The notes beneath the pieces were generated by a model, which saw only the letters and a list, made by a program, of their open reading frames with translations, made no database searches and had not been told where the DNA came from. DNA of 64,000 bases from an uncultured Thermoleophilia bacterium. Its GTDB lineage: Bacteria; Actinomycetota; Thermoleophilia; UBA2241. The DNA is taken from positions 544,001 through 608,000 of the forward strand of contig CAVQSP010000013.1 in NCBI GenBank assembly GCA_963715985.1. The letters are read 5' to 3'. Positions 60,387-64,000 of the stretch are shown in pieces (the first letter of the stretch is position 1; the number at the start of each line of letters is the position of its first letter). A program made the position numbers and the translations under genes.

Positions 60387-60755
60387 CTACGCCTGCGAAG
60401 GGCGGGCGGGCCGTGGCCGGCGTCGACGAGCGTCTTGCCTCCCGATCTGGAGCTCGACGGTCCGCTCCGGGAACGCGGCCCGGACCTCCAGTCGCCCGCC
60501 GAGCGCCTCGACATACCGCTGCAGCGTCGACAGCCTGACGTCCGCCTCGCCGCGCTCGATCTGTGAGACGTTCTCCTGCGTCACGTCGAGGCGCTCGGCG
60601 ATGGCCGCCTGTGTGAGGTCGAGCTCCCTGCGCAGTTCGGCGAGCATGGCTGGCTTGTGCTCGTCCACGCGCGCACGCCGACCGGGATCGGTATCGATGT
60701 GCGTGCGCAGCCCGTCGAAACTCCGGGACCGCTGCGGTGTTTCACGACTCGTCAT
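60387..60755 (-). CDS. XRE-family HTH antitoxin
   Basis: LRRELDLTQAAIAERLDVTQENVSQIERG..DVRLSTLQRYVEALGG. Confidence 0.85.
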   Translation of the reverse strand: MTSRETPQRSRSFDGLRTHIDTDPGRRARVDEHKPAMLAELRRELDLTQAAIAERLDVTQENVSQIERGEADVRLSTLQRYVEALGGRLEVRAAFPERTVELQIGRQDARRRRPRPARPSQA

Positions 60756-60909
60756 CGGTCAGCCCTTCATCGGCGATCGCGTCCATGTGCCGCTCATGAA
60801 GATGTTCGGCGAGCGGGACGGCCGTCTCGTACCAGGTGTTCCATCTGCCGCTCTTGTCGCCGCCGAGCAGCGGTATCGCGTGTTCGCCTGCGAGCGGATC
60901 CGTGATCCA
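60742..60909 (-). pseudogene. 3' remnant of a RelE/Gp49-like toxin
   Basis: Minus frame AIPLLGGDKSGRWNTWYETAVPLAEHL overlapping antitoxin start; in-frame TGA upstream, no start codon. Confidence 0.6.
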
Positions 60910-61032
60910 TCACGCCTCGAACCGGTCTGTGTACTCGACTCGCCACACCGGTCCGACATAAGCAGTATCTTCTGCGACTCAAGCCACGTCCACCCCGTCT
61001 GCGGCGGGCGAAACGGCGACGATCCCGGGGAG

Positions 61033-62040
61033 CTACCCCAGCCCCCACGCCTGCTCCAGACCGGTTGCGAACGCGACCGGCGGCCGCGGGTCCTCGCAGG
61101 GCAACCCCGTGAGCATGTTGCGGTCGCCGATGGCGGCGACGGCCGCGTCCACGTCGCCGCCGTCGAACAGCGCCGTCTGGATGGCCTCGAGGCAGCCGAG
61201 GGTCTGCGCGGCGGCCGCCTCGGCGATCTCCGCGAACGTCTCGGTCCGCTGCTCGCCGGGCACGGCCGGGTAGTACCACGTCCGCCGCCCGGCCAGAAGC
61301 CCGGCGGCGACCGGGTGCGGCTCGCGCGGGTAGATCTGCGTCCTGATGGTGCCCTCGGCGTCGGCGAAGGGCGTGGCGGCGACGCGGGCCAGTGCTCTCG
61401 AGAACGCGGACCGGGGGTCGCTCATCGCGCCGTACGCGAACACCATGTCGCGGAAGGCGCGGCGCCCCGCCGCCGCGGAGAACATCACGCCGTGCACGTC
61501 GCGCATGACCCGCTCCCAGAGACCCGTGACGACGGTGAGCTGAACCGGCGTCATGACGAGCAGCCTCTGCGCCCTGATCCAGCCCGTGTCGCGCGAGTGG
61601 CGGCGTGCCAAGGTCACGTCGAGGGAGCCCTCCAGCACCCCGTGCCGCCGCCGGGCCGCGGGCTCGACAGGCGCAGCGTTCCCGGTGATGTCCCCGGTCC
61701 AGTACTGGATCCAAGGGTGCGCGCTCGCGTCCAGGCAGAGGTGGGCCGCGTAGCCGCAGGTGAACGCGGTGATGACGCTCGCCTCGGCGGCCGTCGCAGA
61801 GGTCGCCGCCGTCAGCATGCTGTGGAAGACCTCACTCGTCTCGTGCTGGTGGACGAGTCCCGCGAGGTCGGCGCGGCTGCGCTGCCCCGGCCAGACGCCC
61901 GCGTAGAAGAAGAAGTCCGGACCTTGGGCGCCGACCTTGAAGGCGTCGTGCTCGGCGCCCAGGAGGCGCGCCAGCGGCCCTTCGGGCAGGCGCGCCCGCG
62001 CCGCCTCGGCAACCTCGTAGTGTGCCAGCATGTCGGGCAT
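61033..62040 (-). CDS. Zinc-dependent phospholipase C family protein
   Basis: MPDMLAH, GAQGPDFFFY, GYAAHLCLD..AHP, H..LE. Confidence 0.8.
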   Translation of the reverse strand: MPDMLAHYEVAEAARARLPEGPLARLLGAEHDAFKVGAQGPDFFFYAGVWPGQRSRADLAGLVHQHETSEVFHSMLTAATSATAAEASVITAFTCGYAAHLCLDASAHPWIQYWTGDITGNAAPVEPAARRRHGVLEGSLDVTLARRHSRDTGWIRAQRLLVMTPVQLTVVTGLWERVMRDVHGVMFSAAAGRRAFRDMVFAYGAMSDPRSAFSRALARVAATPFADAEGTIRTQIYPREPHPVAAGLLAGRRTWYYPAVPGEQRTETFAEIAEAAAAQTLGCLEAIQTALFDGGDVDAAVAAIGDRNMLTGLPCEDPRPPVAFATGLEQAWGLG

Positions 62041-62113
62041 GGTCCGCGGCATCATACCTCCGCGGGCGCGACGCTCCGACCGGCCGGGAGCGCGCCGACG
62101 ACGCGCCTTCTCC

Positions 62114-62425
62114 TCAGGGGCCGATGGTGTAGGAGACGCGCTTGAGGACCTTGTAGGTCCGTCCGTCCCCTCGCAGCACGGTGTAGACGGACTTCGCGGC
62201 GCCCGCGTACCCGACGTGGAACGCGGCGGTCACCTTCGCTCCGCCGGACTTGCGCAGTGTGAACGTCACGCGGCTCGTCTGCCCGTTAGGGAGTGTGACC
62301 GCGCTGCTCAGCTCTTTCGCCCCGGCGGCGCGTCCCTTCACGCTGACGCTGCTCTTGGCCACGGCCGCAGGTGCGGCCAGCAGCAGCACCAACAGGACCA
62401 GGAAGAGGATCTTCCACATGCGCAT
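62114..62425 (-). CDS. Small secreted basic hypothetical protein
   Basis: Signal peptide MWKILFLVLLVLLLAAPAAVA; upstream AAGGA. Confidence 0.5.
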   Translation of the reverse strand: MRMWKILFLVLLVLLLAAPAAVAKSSVSVKGRAAGAKELSSAVTLPNGQTSRVTFTLRKSGGAKVTAAFHVGYAGAAKSVYTVLRGDGRTYKVLKRVSYTIGP

Positions 62426-62827
62426 GGCGGACATCCTTGTCGGCGAGCCGGCGTCGCCTTCCGGCCGCGGACCTCTCACGACCTCGATCGTACGTTCGCG
62501 GAGCTGATGAACCAGCGAATCGGCGTTGGCGCGGAGCGTGCGATCGCTGCTCTCGTAGGCCACCGACCGCGCAAGACCGCTACGCTCTCACGTCCGGCGG
62601 GGCAGCAGCGCATGTCAGGTGATCCAGGAATCGAGCCTCACGGGCGAGCGGATCGGACGAGACCGCCGGGCCTTCGGTTCCTGATCTGAGCATCAGGCTC
62701 CCTGACCGCGGGTTTGCCGCCGGGAACGATTTCAGGCGGCGTACACGTTCGTGGTATCATGCCGATTCGGCCCGCTCGCGGGTCGTTCGCGTCAGCCCGG
62801 GTTTGCTCCCAGAAGGGATCCGTTCAG

Positions 62828-63076
62828 ATGAAGAAGGATATCCATCCGCAGTACGAAGAGGCGACCGTGCACTGCTCGTGCGGCAACACGTTCACCACGC
62901 GCAGCACCAAGAAGGAGCTGCGCGTCGAGCTTTGCTCACAGTGCCACCCGTTCTACACCGGCAAGCAGAAGCTGGTGGACTCGGGCGGCCGCGTGGACCG
63001 CTTCAAGAAGCGCCTCGAGAAGAAGTCCGAGCCTGTCAAGGCAGAGCCCGCCAAGGCAGAAGCGGCCAAGGCCTGA
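62828..63076 (+). CDS. rpmE: 50S ribosomal protein L31 (Zn-binding type)
   Basis: [25 protein letters not shown]. Confidence 0.95.
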   Translation: MKKDIHPQYEEATVHCSCGNTFTTRSTKKELRVELCSQCHPFYTGKQKLVDSGGRVDRFKKRLEKKSEPVKAEPAKAEAAKA

Positions 63077-63089
63077 GCGGAGCCGTGCC

Positions 63090-63854
63090 GTGAGCGCCGA
63101 GCTCCGCGTCTCGCTCCTCCAGCACACCCCCGACCCGGACCGCGCCGTCGCGGTGGCGGGTCGGCTGTGCTATGCGCCCGTCTCGGCCGCCGACCTCAAG
63201 CAGGGCATGAGCGACGAGGACGTGGCCAAGCTCGTGCGCGTCCTCGTGCGCAGCGGCCACCACTCGGCCCTGGAGCACGCCGCCTTCAGCTTCGCCGTGG
63301 ACGGCGTGTCGCGGGCCCTCACGCATCAGCTGGTGCGGCACCGCGTGGCCAGCTACAACCAGCAGTCGCAGCGGTACGTCACCTTCGGGGCGGGCGACAG
63401 TTTCATCGTCCCGCCCTCCGTGGCCGCCAACGCTGAGGCGGAGGCCGTCTTCCTCGAGGCCATGGAGCACGCGCGCGTGGCCTACGACAGGCTCGTCGAG
63501 CTGGGGCTGGCCGAGGGCCGCACGCGCGAGAGCGTGCAGGAGGACGCGCGCTTCGTGCTGCCCAACGCCGCCGAGACCAAGATCGTCGTCACCATGAACG
63601 CGCGCGAGCTGCGCCACTTCTTCCACGTGCGCTGCTGCAACCGCGCCCAGTGGGAGATCCGCGCGCTCTCCTGGGAGATGCGGCGCATGGTCAAGGACCT
63701 CGCGCCCAACCTCTTCGAGGGCAGCGGCCCCGGCTGTCTGTACGGCGACTGCCCCGAGGGCAAGATGACCTGCGGCAAGCCGTACAAGGCCGCCGACGTG
63801 GACGGGCCGGCGGCCGGGAGCGGCGCCGGCGCCTCAGGCGCCGCGCGCGGCTGA
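63090..63854 (+). CDS. thyX: FAD-dependent thymidylate synthase
   Basis: GHHSALEH, SRALTHQLVRHRVASYNQQSQRY, EDARFVLP, AQWEIR. Confidence 0.95.
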   Translation: MSAELRVSLLQHTPDPDRAVAVAGRLCYAPVSAADLKQGMSDEDVAKLVRVLVRSGHHSALEHAAFSFAVDGVSRALTHQLVRHRVASYNQQSQRYVTFGAGDSFIVPPSVAANAEAEAVFLEAMEHARVAYDRLVELGLAEGRTRESVQEDARFVLPNAAETKIVVTMNARELRHFFHVRCCNRAQWEIRALSWEMRRMVKDLAPNLFEGSGPGCLYGDCPEGKMTCGKPYKAADVDGPAAGSGAGASGAARG

Positions 63855-63885
63855 GTCGGGCCGCGCGGCTTCAGCACCCTCCTCC

Positions 63886-64000
63886 ATGACACGCCTTCTC
63901 CATACCGCGCTCGCGCTGGTCGCTCTGGCCGCCCTGTGGGCGCGCCGCGCCCAGGTCGGCGGCCAGGCCGTGATCGAGGGCGTCATGATGCGCGGCGTGG
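63886..64000 (+). CDS. DUF1385 protein, N-terminal part (runs off window)
   Basis: VGGQAVIEGVMMRG. Confidence 0.75.
   Translation, partial: MTRLLHTALALVALAALWARRAQVGGQAVIEGVMMRGV

Overview
High-GC bacterial window, most likely an anaerobic Actinomycetota (Thermoleophilia-like; inferred from gene content, TANNNT leaderless starts and U-poor hairpin terminators). The main result is a complete but dispersed bacterial-type pyrrolysine (22nd amino acid) system: pylB-pylC-pylD (7928-11055), an amber tRNA-Pyl with a CUA anticodon (11126-11198), a stand-alone pylSn (12262-12588) and pylSc (15325-16155) at the end of a cell-envelope operon. Two orphan methyltransferase corrinoid proteins and a DUF1638 gene are present, but no Pyl-containing methyltransferase is in the window, and TAG is still a common ordinary stop. 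Other content includes: a citrate/homocitrate synthase, two-subunit aconitase and IDH cluster; a tungsten-type AOR operon; tldD/pmbA; gltX-cysS-rlmB-yacP-sigH; two NlpC/P60 hydrolases; lysA/hom; a pfk-apgM-glycosidase-phosphoesterase-cPGS-2PGK operon (archaeal-type cyclic 2,3-diphosphoglycerate pathway); rho; a DapF with both catalytic Cys replaced by Ser; rpmE and thyX. About 13 genes carry small frameshifts, most likely long-read assembly errors. All calls come from reading motifs by eye; no database searches were run.
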